64,000 nucleotides of DNA from Lama glama (GCA_028534125.1 CM052816.1:32986001-33050000), one strand, 5' to 3'. Shown: positions 11,576 through 26,425, numbered from the stretch's first letter. The notes: generated by a model from the sequence alone, not told the origin. A program made the numbers and translations.

Positions 11576-14500
11576 CACTTGTCCTGGAACTCTGGTGTGA
11601 AGGGTCACAACCAGGCAGACCTGCTGCAGCAGCTCCGGCCATGCTGTGCTTTGTGCAGGAAAGGCGATGGCTCTGCTCCAGGTCCCTGAGACAAAGAGGA
11701 GGCCCTCTGTATCACATACACATTCCTCCACCAGAGGTTATTTATATCCTTCCAAAAAGGAATTTGAGGTGGCACACAGCAAACGACCACAAATAAGGGG
11801 AAAGTGCGATGACTGGGACCAGCAAAGGCTGAGGAAGCAAATGGAAGTGAACACAGCTGCCGGGGCTGAGTCTCCACTTACTCCTGAGCTTCCTGGCAGC
11901 CAAGACAAAAATGAATGATCTCCTGCCAGAAAGTAGAGGGCATTCCAGTTTCACTAGGGAGACAATGTGTTTTTGGCAACAGATGCGAAAAGAATTTAGG
12001 TGCAGGGGACTTCATCTGCAGTGTGAAGCAACGTGATTGCTAGTTTCTTCAGCCAGTTTCACACCTATGCAGATTTCACATGGTTTCTTCTGATCCCAAC
12101 CATCTGTGGAGTGGCCCTTTGGACTCGGTGTGGCCACAGGGCTCCACTGTTCCGCCCACTTCCCTCACCCCATCTGCTGCCCGCCGCTGCCAGCGACTGC
12201 ATCTCCTGCCTTGGCTGTCTTTTCTAAGTGAAACTTTCCCCAGTTAGACTTCTGAGAGGAGCTGGAGAAAAGACAGTTCAGGTTATAATTCTCCAATGAG
12301 ACAGAACCCATGTACCTGGGTAATCTGGAAAGGAAGTCAGAGGACATTGCTGGCTGTGAAAATTAAGCCTGACCAGCATGCCTGCTCAGTTCAACACACA
12401 CGGGTGGGCCAGGCTGGTCTTCTGCCTTCTCTCCCAGGATCAACTAGGCCTGTCCCCAGGGCTGTCCACAATACGCTACAGCACAGTTGGTTCATTGTGA
12501 ATCCAGTGTTAAAGACTGTCTCTACTTGTTCTGAAATCCCCAGAAAAACCCTAACCTGAATAAAAATACAGCTCAACAGGCTGGGTGTTAGAAATATTCC
12601 CCTGGTCCTCTGATTCCAGTAGCGTGCATTTACTAGAATGAATCTGCTCCAAAATATAGTCCCAGCCTCAAATGTACTTACTCCTGGGGCTTGGCATTCA
12701 CTTCACAGTTAGTGGCAGTGGTTCACTGCTTAGTTCGGAAGCCCTGCATTCTCTTCCTCATAACGGCTTTTTTCAAAGCTTTGCCTTAAAATCTCCTTTT
12801 CCAGGAAGCCTTCCCTGATTACCTATTGTTTCATACTCACTACTTTCTTTGAGGCATCATATTCCCCGTAATTACTTATTACCTGACACACGGACCCTAC
12901 AAAGCCTGGCTCTGGGGAGCAGGGACGCTCACTGTTCATCCATCCTCGTGTTCCCAGATGCTCACGGTACTGGACGCAAAGTAGTGCTTGATAAAGACCA
13001 TATGAGTTGAATGTGTCAAAGAAATTAAACATTTTTCTAAGCCAACTTTACAAGGATCAAGTTTTAGCCTGCTCACTGACCAAATCCTCAAATCTAAGAC
13101 CTATCATGTGGCATACCATACCCTGCTGAAGAGGAGGAAAGCTCTCAGTGAAGGTGGATCCCTGAGGTGGCAGGTTCCCCCAAAGTTAGAGATAATAATA
13201 GCGACAGTGAACTTCAGCCAGCCTGAGAAACAGAAGCGTCTGTAAGCCCACAGTGAACGGTCTCAAAGCCTTACCTGGTGGGGTGCAGCAGGTCAGGATA
13301 CAACCGCACCCCATGGCCTTCCGCGGGCTGACACACGCCCCCCAATTGCTGTTCTGACTGCACACGTTGTGTCCTGCAAAGCGATTCAAGTGAGGAAAGA
13401 ACTACAGGCTCTTTCCGCATCAGGACAGACGTTCTGCTAAGAGGCAGGATGTGACACCCCAGGGATGTAACAGCTTGGACCCTGCTGTGGCTGAGCCAGG
13501 AGGGCTGTTGCTTTCCTGTCAGCAGTGCCCTCCACTCTGCACGCAGCAAGGCCCTCCCTAACTCCAGCAAGGAGTCAGCAAAGCCAGGACAAAACAACAA
13601 AAGATGACAGAGCAGACTAGCTGACTTTCAGGTCTAAGTGCCAAGGAGAGGATGGGAGGGTCTGAGGGGAAAGGAGTAAGACGAAATCCATGAAGTTACA
13701 GCTGTGTCATGCACGCAGTACCAGGGTCTACTGAAGACAAGACGATTCATAAAGATGAGGTTTTAACGTCAAAGCATCCCAATATCACCAGTAATGGACA
13801 AACTGACACCATGAATCTCTATGAAAAGCCTTCAAGATCATTCTGTACCTGTACCTCTGAGACGTTGTCCTGAGGAGACAGAGGTGCATTTAGAGGACAA
13901 ACTCCAGCCCCACTACTGTACCTCCAAGGCCCTCCACCATCGGTCCCTGCTCAGCTCTCGGGCCTCACCTCTGACCACTCTCCCAGAGTTCACTAACCTC
14001 CCGGCCAAGGGCCTTCCTCAGAGCCTGGACTGTCGGTCTCAGCTCAAGAGGCAGGCTGTCTCTAGCCCTCGACAGTGGCCACTGCCAACACACAGGTGGC
14101 CCTCAGTCCCAGTCCCGGACCCCGTGGCTCTGACAGTGGGAGGGGTGGGGGAATTTTCAAAGCCATCAAGAGAAGGGGTAAGATGTGCTTCTGGCATCCA
14201 CATGTATCAACAGAATCTCCTCTCACACAAACAGGGTCCACGGCGATGTTGGGGCTGTAGCATCACTGGGGAGGTCCCGTACTTTATTTCCATTACAGAT
14301 GAAATAGGCTTTCAGAGGCTGGTCTGGAAAGCTAACACTCCTTTATGACGCTGGTTTTAAGGGAAAACATGTCATGAGTTTCAGACAATCAAAAAACAAT
14401 CCAACCTGAGGAGACAGGGTCTGCTTAGAACATAAAGACTGATTGTCCTAGAAAAGCAGCTCATGAATCCCCACGGTCATGGAGCCCATTCTGAACCAAC

Positions 14501-15974
14501 GTGGTGGATCAGTGCCTTTCCACACCTGCCTTACACCCCAACCTCTTCGCGGGGCTGGAGAATTATTGAAAAAGAGAGTCTGAGGCAAAAATTCCAAAGT
14601 AACACAAAGTGAAGTGAAGCAATAATCTCTCCTGCTCGCAAGCGTGGCTACTAAGGAAAGTTCCAGAGTGGTTTTGAGTGGCTTCCTCAGCCACTCGGCC
14701 CTGTTAACGTTCAGACAGACCTTGTCTGACCAGCTCGGATCCCTGCGAGGAAGCAGACGGTCACCTTAGAGACGCCTCTGTGAATCAATGTTCGAAACTT
14801 CCAAGGCTTCCTTCCCCAGGCTTGGCTCTCAGGGGTGACCAACTTCGCCAATCTTCCGGGAGGAAGAAAGCTGCCCAGTTAAATTCAGGAGAAAGAAAAA
14901 AACCACACAGGGCTCGGCCTGTTCCATCATCTAGTCAGGGTGTGAGTGTCAGGCCTCACTTTTCCAACCTGGGGACTGGTTTCTCAAAGTTTCAGAATTA
15001 GGTTACCAATAATCTGATTCTCCTTTAAAAATTCTCTGCTGGAGAATCACGGCCTACTCAGAGCCTCGTTTCTAACAAAAATCGAGTTTTCTCTGGACAG
15101 GCTGCCTTCCCTTTGTAAACACTTCTCTCTCACTCTGCAGAAATCGTTTTTGGAGAAGGCAGGGCTGTCTTTCCTGGCCCGCACCCCCTTCTCCCTACTG
15201 GGAGGGGCTGCTTGACAATTTGGAACATTTCTCCTGAAGCCATTAAGCTTCATGAGCCATTAAGCCAGGAAAATCTGGCTTTAACGTTAAACATATTTCA
15301 TAGTCACAGCCGTGCCAAAGAGCCAGGTTTCATGTGTAAATTCTTCCTTGGTTGTCCTCCAAAAATTACGCATGAGGAGGAAATCTCTATCTCAGTGATC
15401 ACACCAGCAAGCATGGTATCATATGCTTCCTCTCATCCCTCAGGGTGCAACAGTTCAGCACTGTTCAGTTCCCCAAAAGCAAGAATGTCTCACCTAAAAC
15501 AAGAAGAGATCGCAAAATTCGGGAGCAGAACCCATCACAGCCTGTGCAAAGGTCCATCAAGTCACAGGTTTTGTTTGCTTTACAGACAGCTGTTCCAGAC
15601 AAGCTTTGCTGTTGCATTAACAGAGCTGGGAGGACAGCCTGCTAGGGAGTGCACCCTGCACATACTAACATGCGTGACGCCATGCTGAGCCATCTCACAT
15701 ATCTGGGCTCGGCTCTACTGCAGCCCACCACAATTTGTTCTAAGAGTGCTGTTTCTAAGATGGAGATCTGCAAAGTCTCGATTAACAGCAAACACCCCAC
15801 TATTAAGCCAGGTGCTGTGATCACACAGCTGCTCCCTAATTCCACCGCCAGCACCACAGACCTCAAAGGATGGCAGTAAGTGGAGCGCACCAACCACAGG
15901 CACCTTTCACAGCTTAAGCAGAGGGGGGTAAAGGCAAAGCCACCTGGAGAAACACCGGGAGCAACAACAAAAGC

Positions 15975-16140
15975 AACTGCTGAGCTGAACAGCCTTGGAC
16001 AAGTGACTTGCCCTCTCTGAACTCTGTCATCCCAGTTTTACGGATGAGGAGATTTACAAGGTCTTTTTCAAGGGTGAGGAACGAACACGAGGATGCATGT
16101 AAAATACTCAACACAAAGTAAGCATGCAACGCATATCAGC
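15975..16140. mobile_element. MIR SINE relic
   Basis: 'ccttggacaagtgacttgccctctctgaactctgt...gcatgtaaaatactcaacac'. Confidence 0.7.
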
Positions 16141-17084
16141 TATGATATCCAGGCTCCCTTTTAATTAGAACTCTCTGCCAAGTTGAAGAAATAAAAATCC
16201 CAAGCCATAATTCCTACCTTATCTTTGTCCACTTAATTACCTTTATTTTACAAACGATTATGTGACCAGGTTTGAACAGAGGTAATGCAATTTATTTTAA
16301 GATGAAGTGTGACAGCACTGGGACCTTTCTCCTTCAAATGATGGCTTAGGTAAGTCAAAGCACTTTCTAAATTGCTGGTTTACTCCTCCAGGCTCTGAGG
16401 ACAGTGCTGGGGGGAGCCAGTTTCCTGAGGAGACAGCCTGGCTCTGATGGGTGGGATTTGAAAACAAAAGGAAAGTGTTTTTTGATGAAGAGAATACTCC
16501 TGTTATCTTAAATGGAGATCAGCAAACACACTGCAGCGAACTCTGCATATAAAATCCAGCTCAAGAAAACCTCTGGGTTGCTAATGCAGGTTTGCAAACA
16601 TAGCAGGCGTAATGAAATGGCTGCTTTTTAATGATTTCCTATAATGGCGTTTATAAATGGAAGCTTTTTCCCTACTGAAGCAATTTAATCGGAAAATGGC
16701 AAAGGAGTCAGAAGAGGCAGCCGTCCAGTTCCGATGAACATGCAGGAAGTGGGCTTCGCTGGGGCCTCGGCTCCTCCTGCTTGCTGTCCCCAGTGTTTTC
16801 CCTCCAGGGGACCTGGCAGGGGCAGGCCCTGTGTCCACAGCACTCTCCTCCTGCCCCCTGCTCTTCGCTTGCATTGCCCCACTCATCCTTCAGCTTTGTA
16901 CTTAGCTGTGACTTCTGGCAGAGTCTTCTGATGCTGCCGCCCCAGGATGTCACTAGGGGTCCCTGTCCACCTCGAATTGTGGTCCCACTATTAGTCAGCC
17001 CCTGTTTCCTTGTCTGCATCCTCCAAAGATGGTGTTCACTGCTCCTCACATGGCTGGGCACCCTCTGTGGGTAGGCGCTGTTAC

Positions 17085-17570
17085 GTTGGTAAACAGGAAC
17101 GCCCAAGTCCCTGCCTGCATGGAGCCTGCACTCTAGCGAGACAGCCTGATAAACGACTGGTAATACGGAAGGAAGTAAGTGCAAATGTGTGGTATCATCA
17201 GGTAGTGCTAAGTGCTACGAAGAAAAATGAAGCAGGGAAGGGAAGGGCGCATGCAGTGTGAGAGGAGTGAAAGCTCTCGGACTCCACCAAGGTTGGGAAG
17301 GCCTCTGCCGAGAGAGAGGTGCACGAGAAAGACACGCGTGGGTTTTTGGAAAGCGCGCTCCACGCAGAAGAAGCAGTGGACATGGAGACCCCGAGGCAGG
17401 AGAAGCTGGTCAGGCCTCAGGGGCAGCGAGGAGGCCAGCGTGGCCAGCGCTGGGAGAAAAGCAGGGATCACCAGGGAAGACAAGGCTTCTGGTGGAAGAT
17501 GCCAGGTTCTGCAGGGCCCTGCAGGCCAGGGTGAGGAGTCAGGATTTCACTCCGGGGATGTGGGGTTTGA
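17085..17570 (-). mobile_element. L2 relic
   Basis: 'aagtccctgcctgcatggagcctgcactctag', 'ggaggccagcgtggc', 'cagggtgaggagtcaggattt' are L2-like. Confidence 0.65.
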
Positions 17571-18339
17571 GCCTGGGAGTACAGCCATCTAACTCCAGAG
17601 TCTGCGACTCACATCCCCAGTCCCCAGCACAGCTCCCAGGGAGGTGCTGAATAAATGAGTCAAGTCTCCTACTGTGGGCAGGGAATCTACCCAGGCATTG
17701 GGCGACAGACAGGGTCCCTTCTCCCCAGGAGCCCAGTCTCACTGGGAAAGACACTACTATCAGCTGTACTGAACGTGTTACTGAGGGAAAGGGTGACAAT
17801 AAATGATTTGAGATGAACGATCTGGGGAAACAGAGTCAGCTCACAGGGCAGACAGGTGGATACCAGCTCCTGTTGGGGGAGTCCAGGCTCCAGATGCTCC
17901 CTTTGCGGCAAGAGCCCTGAGAAGTCCTGCAGTGAAGACACCCAGCCCACTTAGTGGGTCTGCCCTCCATTCTCCATGCCTATTTGATTAAGAAACTTTG
18001 TTGGAGTTGGGTTATTTGCTGAATTTCATAAAAAACAATTTCAGAGACATAAATGGAGGGATCAGTGCAGGAAGGTCTCCTTGCAGAGACTGGGCACCTC
18101 TCAGCTGCTTGTACTCATCTGACCCCTGAAGGCAGAGTCCAGAAGCCAGGGGCTGCTAGGGTGAGAGATTATGATGCTGGTGTAACTCAGCATGTAGGAT
18201 GAGGGCCCAGGGCGGGGCTGGTCGCAGGGGTTTGTGGGTGCTGTAACTTAAGGCCCTGGGTTGGGGTTCAGGAAATAGTTTCAGCCTGAAGCCAAGACCC
18301 CAGGCCTGGGAGACATAGCCACTCCTCAACCCATTTCTG

Positions 18340-19820
18340 TCTGGCTCAAGCTCTCAGTGACTTCAATGTCATTAAATCCATCTTATCTAGCCTTAGCAGC
18401 AATCCATCCCGCTGACCCCCTGTTCCTTACTGCCCCTTCTCTGTCCCTCTAGCGTCTGAACACCTCTCTCCACCTTTCCTTTCTGCAGCTTTAGCTGATC
18501 GATTAGTGGATGGGTTGGTGAATCGCTTTCACTCATTCATTCCAACAAGTATCTCTGAACACACACTCTGTGCCAGGCCCAGTGGTGGGCTCTGGAGAGG
18601 TTCTAGTAGATAAAACAAACATGTTTCTGCCCAGTAGGGCTTAGTGGGAGAGTCAGTCAAGTAAAGAAATACAAATACAGCATTTAAAATTTCATTGTGA
18701 TGTAAGAAGGAAACAAATGGGGCAGCAACAGAGTCAGCACAGGGACATGCACAGACTGTCACTCACAAAATGCTTTTGGAGGAGATGCATTTAAACGGAG
18801 ACTGAAAAGCTGAGAAGTGCATCTCTGCCACGAACTCCCATTGGTGGTCCTCAAGGCTTAGTCTCCAGCTCTCTGCATTTCTCACTCTATACACCCACTT
18901 CCATAGTTTCAGTAACTGTGTGCAAACACCCTGATGTCTCCCAACTGATTTTCTTCAGCCCAGACCTCTTTTGGCTTATGTATACCTACTGCCTTCTCCA
19001 CATCTCCACCCAGATACCTCCAAATGGCTCAAACTTATGCCCAAACAAAACATAAGATCTCCACCCTCCCCCAAGCAAAACAAAACAAAATTCAAAGCAA
19101 AACCACCTTGTCCTTTTTCTTTTTCCTTTGCTCCCATATTGGTGATTGGTCCCACTGAGCAAATCAGACAGTTATGGGTCACAGACACCCACATATACCT
19201 ACCTCCTCCTTCACCCTCTATTTCCAATCCTCCAGCAGATCTTGCCAATTTTATGCCTTTTCTATACCTGCCTGCTTTTCTATGTCTCAGCTGCCACCAC
19301 CCTAATCCTAGCAACAATGTTGCCCACCTAGAAATGAGTCTGCAAGTTTCCTAGCTGGCCCTTTCACCCTTGATCTACTGATTTTCTTCACTACAGAATG
19401 ACTGATTCCAAATGCATATCTCATCATCTCATCCCCCAATCCCCGAACTATGAAAATCATTTAGTGGTTTCTTCTGGGTCTTTGAACAAAGGTCAGACTC
19501 TCTAACATGATCTATGAGATCTTGCATGGTCTGGCTCCTGCCTACTTCTCTGAGGCTCCATCTCACACCTCGGGGCCCTCCACAGCTGTTTCCACCTCTT
19601 TGACAGCACCCTCCTCCTGAATGCCACTTCCTCTTTCACTTACTCAGTTTCTACTTATCTTCCAGATCTCAAATCAAATGTCACTTTCTAGAGGAAGCTG
19701 TCCTCCTTTGATAGACTGTCATGGTACTATGTTTCTTCACGTTACAGCACTTATATAGGTTTATAATTAAACATAAATGTTTAATCTTTGATTAAAGTCT
19801 CCCCAATGAAATTTAAGTTC
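18340..19820. mobile_element. Cluster of L2 fragments in both orientations
   Basis: 'ttcactcattcattccaacaagtatctctgaacac' tail; 'ttcttcagcccagacctct'; 'cttccagatctcaaatcaaatgtcactttc'. Confidence 0.6.
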
Positions 19821-20746
19821 TGTTGTACTGTATTATAATTACTCTTCCTTCTCATTCTTTTCCCATTATTCCTGTAAGTGAACATTTCCTAAGACATGGT
19901 GCCTCTCCCTCTTTTGACTCCAATATTTCAGCCAGAGGGATCTCCTTATCTCATAACTTCAAAGCCTTTATCTTCAACCCCAATCTCTCCAGAGATCTAG
20001 TTAAGCATCTCCAAGTAGACCAGGAGTTTTGCAACACCTCGACTGCAACCCACAACTGGAACATTTCATTTGGCTACTATATGTACACATGCAACAAGTT
20101 AAGTTTCATCAGACAATACTGTCACTCTATTTTTTCCTATTTGATTTCATTTAAAAATGTTTAATTTTTTCATATGATTTCAAGACCATTAAGGGGTCAT
20201 GACGTGCAGTTTAAAACACACCATACCAACACGCTGTACCAGATATTTTCATGTGGACATTTCTTTACCACCTCAAACATAACATCTATGTCCCAATGCA
20301 TTTCTCAACCAAACCGCCTTGCTAAGGAATATGACCATTCTCTTAGTCACTCAGGAGGAACGTGTTAGAGTCACTGTGGATTATTCCCAATGGCTAAAAT
20401 CTATTGGTTTCTCCACTGCAATGTGTTGCCACTTACTTTTCCATTCCTGCTGTTACTGTAACAGGTTTTACTGTAACTTTTTAACTGCTTCCCTACTTGC
20501 AGGAATCTTCAAACAGAGCAGACATATGTTTGAATCACAAACATCAAGGCAGAAAGTGAATTCAGCTCTTTGGTTCCATGTTGACCAGCAAAAGAGTATG
20601 CAAAGAATTCGAACGGACATGGCTTCGTCTGCTCAGCAAGCTCTTTGACCAATGAAATTTTAATTCAGGCTGCCTTACGTTTCTAAAGTTCCCATTACAA
20701 TCCAGAAACCGAACTCCAGCTTTGAAGAAATGGCAGACAGACTCAC

Positions 20747-20889
20747 CCATGTCCGCAGTGACCATGGTGGACTGGTTTTCGGGGATGGAGACAGAGGTCT
20801 GGTCTTGGTCTACACTGCGAGAGTCCTCGTTGACCTCATGTTGGCTCTGGCTGAGTTCTGATCGCAGTTCTGAGTATTCATCTTCCTCC
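20747..20889 (-). CDS. MCC: MCC internal coding exon (143 nt, phase 2/1): (R)EEDEYSELRSELSQSQHEVNEDSRSVDQDQTSVSIPENQSTMVTADM(D)
   Basis: Lies within ORF 20562..20930(-). Acceptor TTTTTTCTCAG, donor G|GTGAGT. Phases match both neighbours. Confidence 0.97.
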
Positions 20890-23800
20890 CTGAGAAAAAA
20901 AGGAGCGTCAGTCTCCGCTGACAGAGACATAAGACAAATCCCTAGAGAGTATGTCTTTTAAGGACAAGAAAAAGACATTCAGAAAGAAAACAGAGGTTTC
21001 CTCTCCAGGCCACATGGACCAGGATTCCTTTCAGGCCAAATAGATGGTCACATTTATGGTCAGTGGTTGAAACTCAAAGTTTACTTCTGTGTCCACATAC
21101 CTACTTGTACACCAAACAAGATTCATCTATCAGTCAAATAGAAACTTTTCCCCTTCAGAGACTTCCCTAAAGAAATCAGATCTCTTCACCCCCTCAAACA
21201 CCCAGGTGAAAAAGAACTGAGACTCCCAGCACCGAGGCCACAGTGAGCAGGACAGTTGAGAATATGGTGGACAGGAACGGCTCATCCCACCACCACCAGA
21301 GTCCCAGCAGTGGGCTTTCTTCTGGAAAGAGGACATAAGAGTGTTGAAGCTGGAGCTACTGGAAAACCAGCACCTTGTCTGTGCACATCAGAACAGATCC
21401 TCTGAGAGGTACAGGGGTCAGCATGTCTGAGAAACACCATACCTACTTTCTGCAAAGGAAGTAAGTGAAGTTGAGGGATAGGGGAAGAGAGTAGGGTGGG
21501 GAAAAAAATGGAATCACTGAGAGAACACCACTCAGTGGTCTACTTCCTTCAATTTGCACCTGCGAGCGGGAAGACGACATTTAAATGCAGCCATGTTTCA
21601 TCTGCACAAGCACACCCACCCACTCTCAGCCCGTCATGGGTCCCTCAGCCTCTGGTCTCCAAGGTCTCTGAATCAGCTACGAGCAAGCTAAGAGAACTGA
21701 ATATTGTCATGTGTATTTCAAAGCACACGCATACCTCCTCCCACACCAGTACCATTGATACGCACACAATGGATGTAGACATGGAGAAGGCAAAAATTAA
21801 CCCTCTTTGAAGCATTTCTTTGGCAAGCGAGCCAAAAAAGGAAATTGTCAGGGAATTTAATTATGCGGTTGCAAAGTCCATAGGTGTCTGCTTAGCCCCA
21901 GTGGGAGGGTATCTGTGAAGAAAGGTAGGAAGAGAAGAAATTCGGCCTGGCATTCACTTTAACTTGGTGACAACCGTTGGGGCAGAAAGTCCACAGTTTT
22001 GGGTTCCGGATAGAAAAATTCTACACCAGGATGGTTAAGTGGTGATCACTGGAACTTGGGGAAGAGGCAACTGCCCTTTTAAGCTGGGGAGATACATGTG
22101 AAGAAGTCTCCAGAGTTCTTGGTTCTCTCAAGAAATCAACATCCTCCCAGGGAAGGAATTCAGCTGAGCCCCTGAGGCATTTCTAATAAAAGCCACCCAG
22201 AAATCTGGGAAGACTTTAAATAGATATAAAACCCCCAGACATGCAAAATATGAATTAGAATGGGAGTGGTGAAGGCAAAAAATATAGGTTAATGTTCCAC
22301 GAATCAGTTAATTATTAGACACCTGCAAAGCCAACGATAATTAGGTTTAGGAAAGAAAACAATTAAAAAGTACTCTTAAGAGTCACCTTTTTGGACTAGA
22401 GGGTAATTGTGCCCTGATACATCAGCTCTCCTTTCAATCAGCATTTAAAATTCCGATTTTAGTTAATGGGAGATTTTGTGTATGATGAATAAATTACCTT
22501 TGCTGCATAGCCAATGTAATCAGCCTCAGCTTGGCTGAGACTGTTTTACAGCCAAAAAAAAAAAAAAAAAACTAGATAAATGCTGCTGCTGTATCCCTTG
22601 TATAAATGGCACTTGTAAAATCTTTCATATCCACCTTAAACCCTCTTGGCTTGGCAGGTTCCAAAACATATAGTGCCTGCCAGATCTCCTGCTTTGTAAG
22701 AAATTATTTCATTAGGATGGGCTTTTATAAAGGAGTGAATAGGGAAGGGGTGGGAGAAGGAAGCTGCTGATTGTGGGAAACATTCCTTCCTGAGGTCAGA
22801 GCACAGTCTGAAGAATTACACCACACTAGAAATGTCACCTTAGGCAGAAGGCTTTCAGTGTCATGAAATGCCGAGTAAGGATCCTCATTCAATGTACCTG
22901 AGCAACAAAACAAGGACAGAAAAGCAAAAACCAAATGGATGCTGTCTTCTGGGAGTCACATAGGTTCAAAACTAATTCTAATCTAAGAAGGATGCTGTGA
23001 GTGGACACAGCAGGAGCTTCTGGGGCTGCAGGGGGCAGTGACCAGGAAGACTTCCTGCATGGAGCACCACTAAAGAGGATTCTCAAGGCAAGCAGATTTT
23101 AGACAGGTCACGAGGGTGGAAGGGCACATGGACAGTCTCAAAGGATCCCATGGACAGGAACGTGAACTTGAACAGGGACATACGGAGCTTGGGGAAGAGT
23201 AGGAGGCTGGAGATAACAGAAACCAACATGGCACGTAGGATGGAACCCCAAGGCTGAAGGAGCACTCAGCCACTTGCTGAGTGGGCAATTTCGATCAGAA
23301 GGACAATTTATTGCATTGAAGAAGGCAAACAATCAGGGTTAGATGGTAGAAATAAAGAAAAAAATGTATGAAATCTAGAAATTCAGAAGGAGCAGTGTAG
23401 TCAAGATCTTGTATGGAAACATAACTAAGCAGAAGGGAAGTGTAGACGGCCTGTGTTCTTGGCCCCGCAGGGAGGGGCCGAGCTGAGCATGCACCCTCCC
23501 CGGTTAAGGTTCCTCCTTAAGGTTATCATAATGAATGTCATAGGACAAGCACACAAAGTAAACAGTAATGAGAGGTAGAAAGCAACCTTGTGAGAAGGTC
23601 AGGCGGGGTTTTGTGTCACAAAAAATGAGGTATAAAAAGGTTCAACTGAACCTTAATATTAGAAAGTTTGTACAACCGTTTCTCCCACTGACTTTGGTCA
23701 AAAGTCTTGGAGCTGCATATCTTTCTCATCTCCTGAACCATTACTGGCATCATTCCTGAAAGGAGGTTGGACTCTGGGACTGGGGAGTGATGAAAGCCAG

Positions 23801-26024
23801 TTCTCCCAGGGCTCTTTGTAAGCTGACAGTCAGTTTGGAACTGCAGCACATGTGGAAGTCTGATGCTGGGGGCTTCTCACTTCCCTGTATCATTCAGGAA
23901 TACGCATCTGTCAAGAGCAATGGAACAGGAAGTCAGAAACACTCTGCGGGCTCATGGCAGTTTTTAAAGGCAAGAATTTGAGGTGTGTTTTCAAGGCTGC
24001 TTCTGAGCAGCAGGGCGTCACCCAGCTAGTCAAGGTGTCTAGCTAACGACACAGCATCAGCATCTCAAAGTAACTTTATAGTTTGCTTCCTTCTGCTGTG
24101 TATAAAGTATATATAGTAACTCTTGGTAAGTGGTAACTTACCTGTTTGGGGAAAGAAATGCCTCCCCAAAGAACACCAACTGCTAATGCTGGTGATGAAA
24201 AGGAAGAAAACAAGGGAAGGTCCAACAAGTGATCAAATTAAGTAAAAACAAAAACAAAAAACCCAGAAGCTTTGATCAATTGAGAAATGTTGATAACTAT
24301 ACACCATTGGTGCTAGTTTCGTAATTACAGAATTACAAAGTTCTCAGGAGTTTCTCTTTGGAACACAAAGGATCATCTCACAGGATTCTAAATGTACATT
24401 ATTTCATTCACTTAGAAGCATTTGTGAAATGCTTCCAAGCTGCTGTTTAGAGTTGCAATGATTAATGGTTGCTACTAGCTTACCAACAAAACAAAAACAA
24501 AAACAAAAACAAAAACGCTTCTAAGGAGGCAGGCATTAGATTGTACACACCTACGTAACTGGCAGGGGCAGCAAAGTCACAGACTGGCAGACTGCAAGGG
24601 ACCTTAGCAATCACCTAAGCCAGGATCATCACCTGTGTTCTACAAATAAGACAAGTAAAGCTCAGAGAGGCGAAGCAATTTACCTGAAATTATGCAACTA
24701 GTTAGCAACACAGCCTAATTCCTAAGTTTAGTACCAAGGAAACAATAATATGTCAGCTTAAGGAAAGGGTTGTTTTTATTTTTAAAGATGCCTTCATATT
24801 ACTGGCGAGGAGTGAAGTGATCTAATCAGAAAAGGAGAAAGTCTGTGAAAGTGTAATTCTTATCATGCTTTCCAGACCGAAGCTGAAGTGCTCTAGAATC
24901 AGTGGCATTTGATAAAATTCTTATTTCAGGAGCAATGCCCATTTCTATTTTATTTTGGGTTGCACATTCATGCCTGGTCACCGGATTGGACTGACTGGTG
25001 AACCAGACCCACAAGGACACCTCCCTGCCTGGACAACTGTCAGTTAACTATGTCTAGCTAAGCCAGTCTACCTGACCTGATTATTTTTCTTTTGAAACAT
25101 ATTCTGTCTCCCTTGCAATTAAAGGCAGACTTGCCCTGAAATGGACATCCTTCTTTTAAAGAACAAAGATTTTTTTTAAGACATAAGGAGGAAATATATT
25201 TCTTTCAGCTCTCTTAGAGGATCTATAGCTGAAAATGTGTGATGAGTAAATACTTCTTATTCTTCCCCACAGCACACAGGGAGTTCAGACTCCTCTATGA
25301 ATCTTACAGTGAATAACTGAACAAACAGGAGTGTGAAATGCTCTCCCAGGTGTATAATAATCCATCCTTATCATCAGTGAGTACCAGTTTTAACAAGATC
25401 TGATAGAGGAGTCATATTCAAGAACTTCGAATAGGGAACAAGGGTTGAATACACACCACATAGGAAGACAGGGAGAGAGAAACTACCTCAGCTTTTCTGG
25501 GTTTTCATTTTTATTTCATTCTATTTTACTCTTTAGGTCAGAAGTTAATCAAAACAACATGTTTTTGCTGGGAGTGAAAGAAGTTTGGGGTTACACCATG
25601 TTTGACATGCAGCAACGTGAAGATGGACAGACATGTCCACACAGGTCGAGGTGTAGGCTGAGCGCTCAGGAAAAAGGTCAGGTGCACAGTGCAGGCCGGA
25701 AATGTTAGTGACTGGATTATGTTAAGAGTACCTGGAGACTTTGGGTACTACCTCAGTAGCCAAATGAGGAGCATGTTGCAGACAAAGAAGCAGAAGGGTT
25801 ACGTGCTGATGTGGAGGTGATACACATGGGAGGGGGTAACAGCAAGGCTGAGGATGGATCTTAGGGACAGAAGAAAAGATCTAAGACCTACAGGGCCGTG
25901 GAGGTTGGAAAAGAGGACACCAGTAGGGAAGGAGGATTTAGGGTTAAATGCTGCAAAAAACGACAGGTAACTGAAAAAATCCAGTGACCTTTTCCTGCTA
26001 AGAAATCACTGGTGATTTCCAAAA

Positions 26025-26425
26025 CAGTGTCTTAGCCTAGGCTGCTGTAACAGAGTACCATAGGCCAGCTTAAATAACAGGAATTTATTTTCTCATAGTT
26101 CTAGACTTGGGTTGGCAGTCCAAATTCAAGGTGCCAGCATGGTTGGTTTCAGCTAAGGGCTCTCTCTTCCTGGCTTGCAGATGGCTGGCTGCCTTCTCAC
26201 TGAGTCCCCACAGGGCAGGGAGAGAGTGAGCGAGAGAGCTAGCTCTCTGGCGTCTCTCCTTACAAGGGCACTAGCTAATCCTATCATGCAGTCCCCATCC
26301 TCCTGACCTCAACTAAACCAAATCACCTCCCAAGACCCCGTCTGCCGGGACTATCATGTTGAGGGGCAGAGCTTCAACATATGAACTGGAGGTTGGCCGG
26401 GGGGAACAGGGTGCACAATTCAGGC
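26025..26425. mobile_element. MaLR (MLT1/MST-like) solo LTR
   Basis: 'tgtcttagcctaggctgctgtaacagagtaccata...ttctcatagttctag...caaggtgccagcatggttgg'. Confidence 0.8.

Noticed and set aside
13821..14348. Longest ORF in the track (175 aa)
   Set aside because: No recognisable domain, low-information composition, and it appears to overlap degenerate repeat sequence. Consistent with chance.
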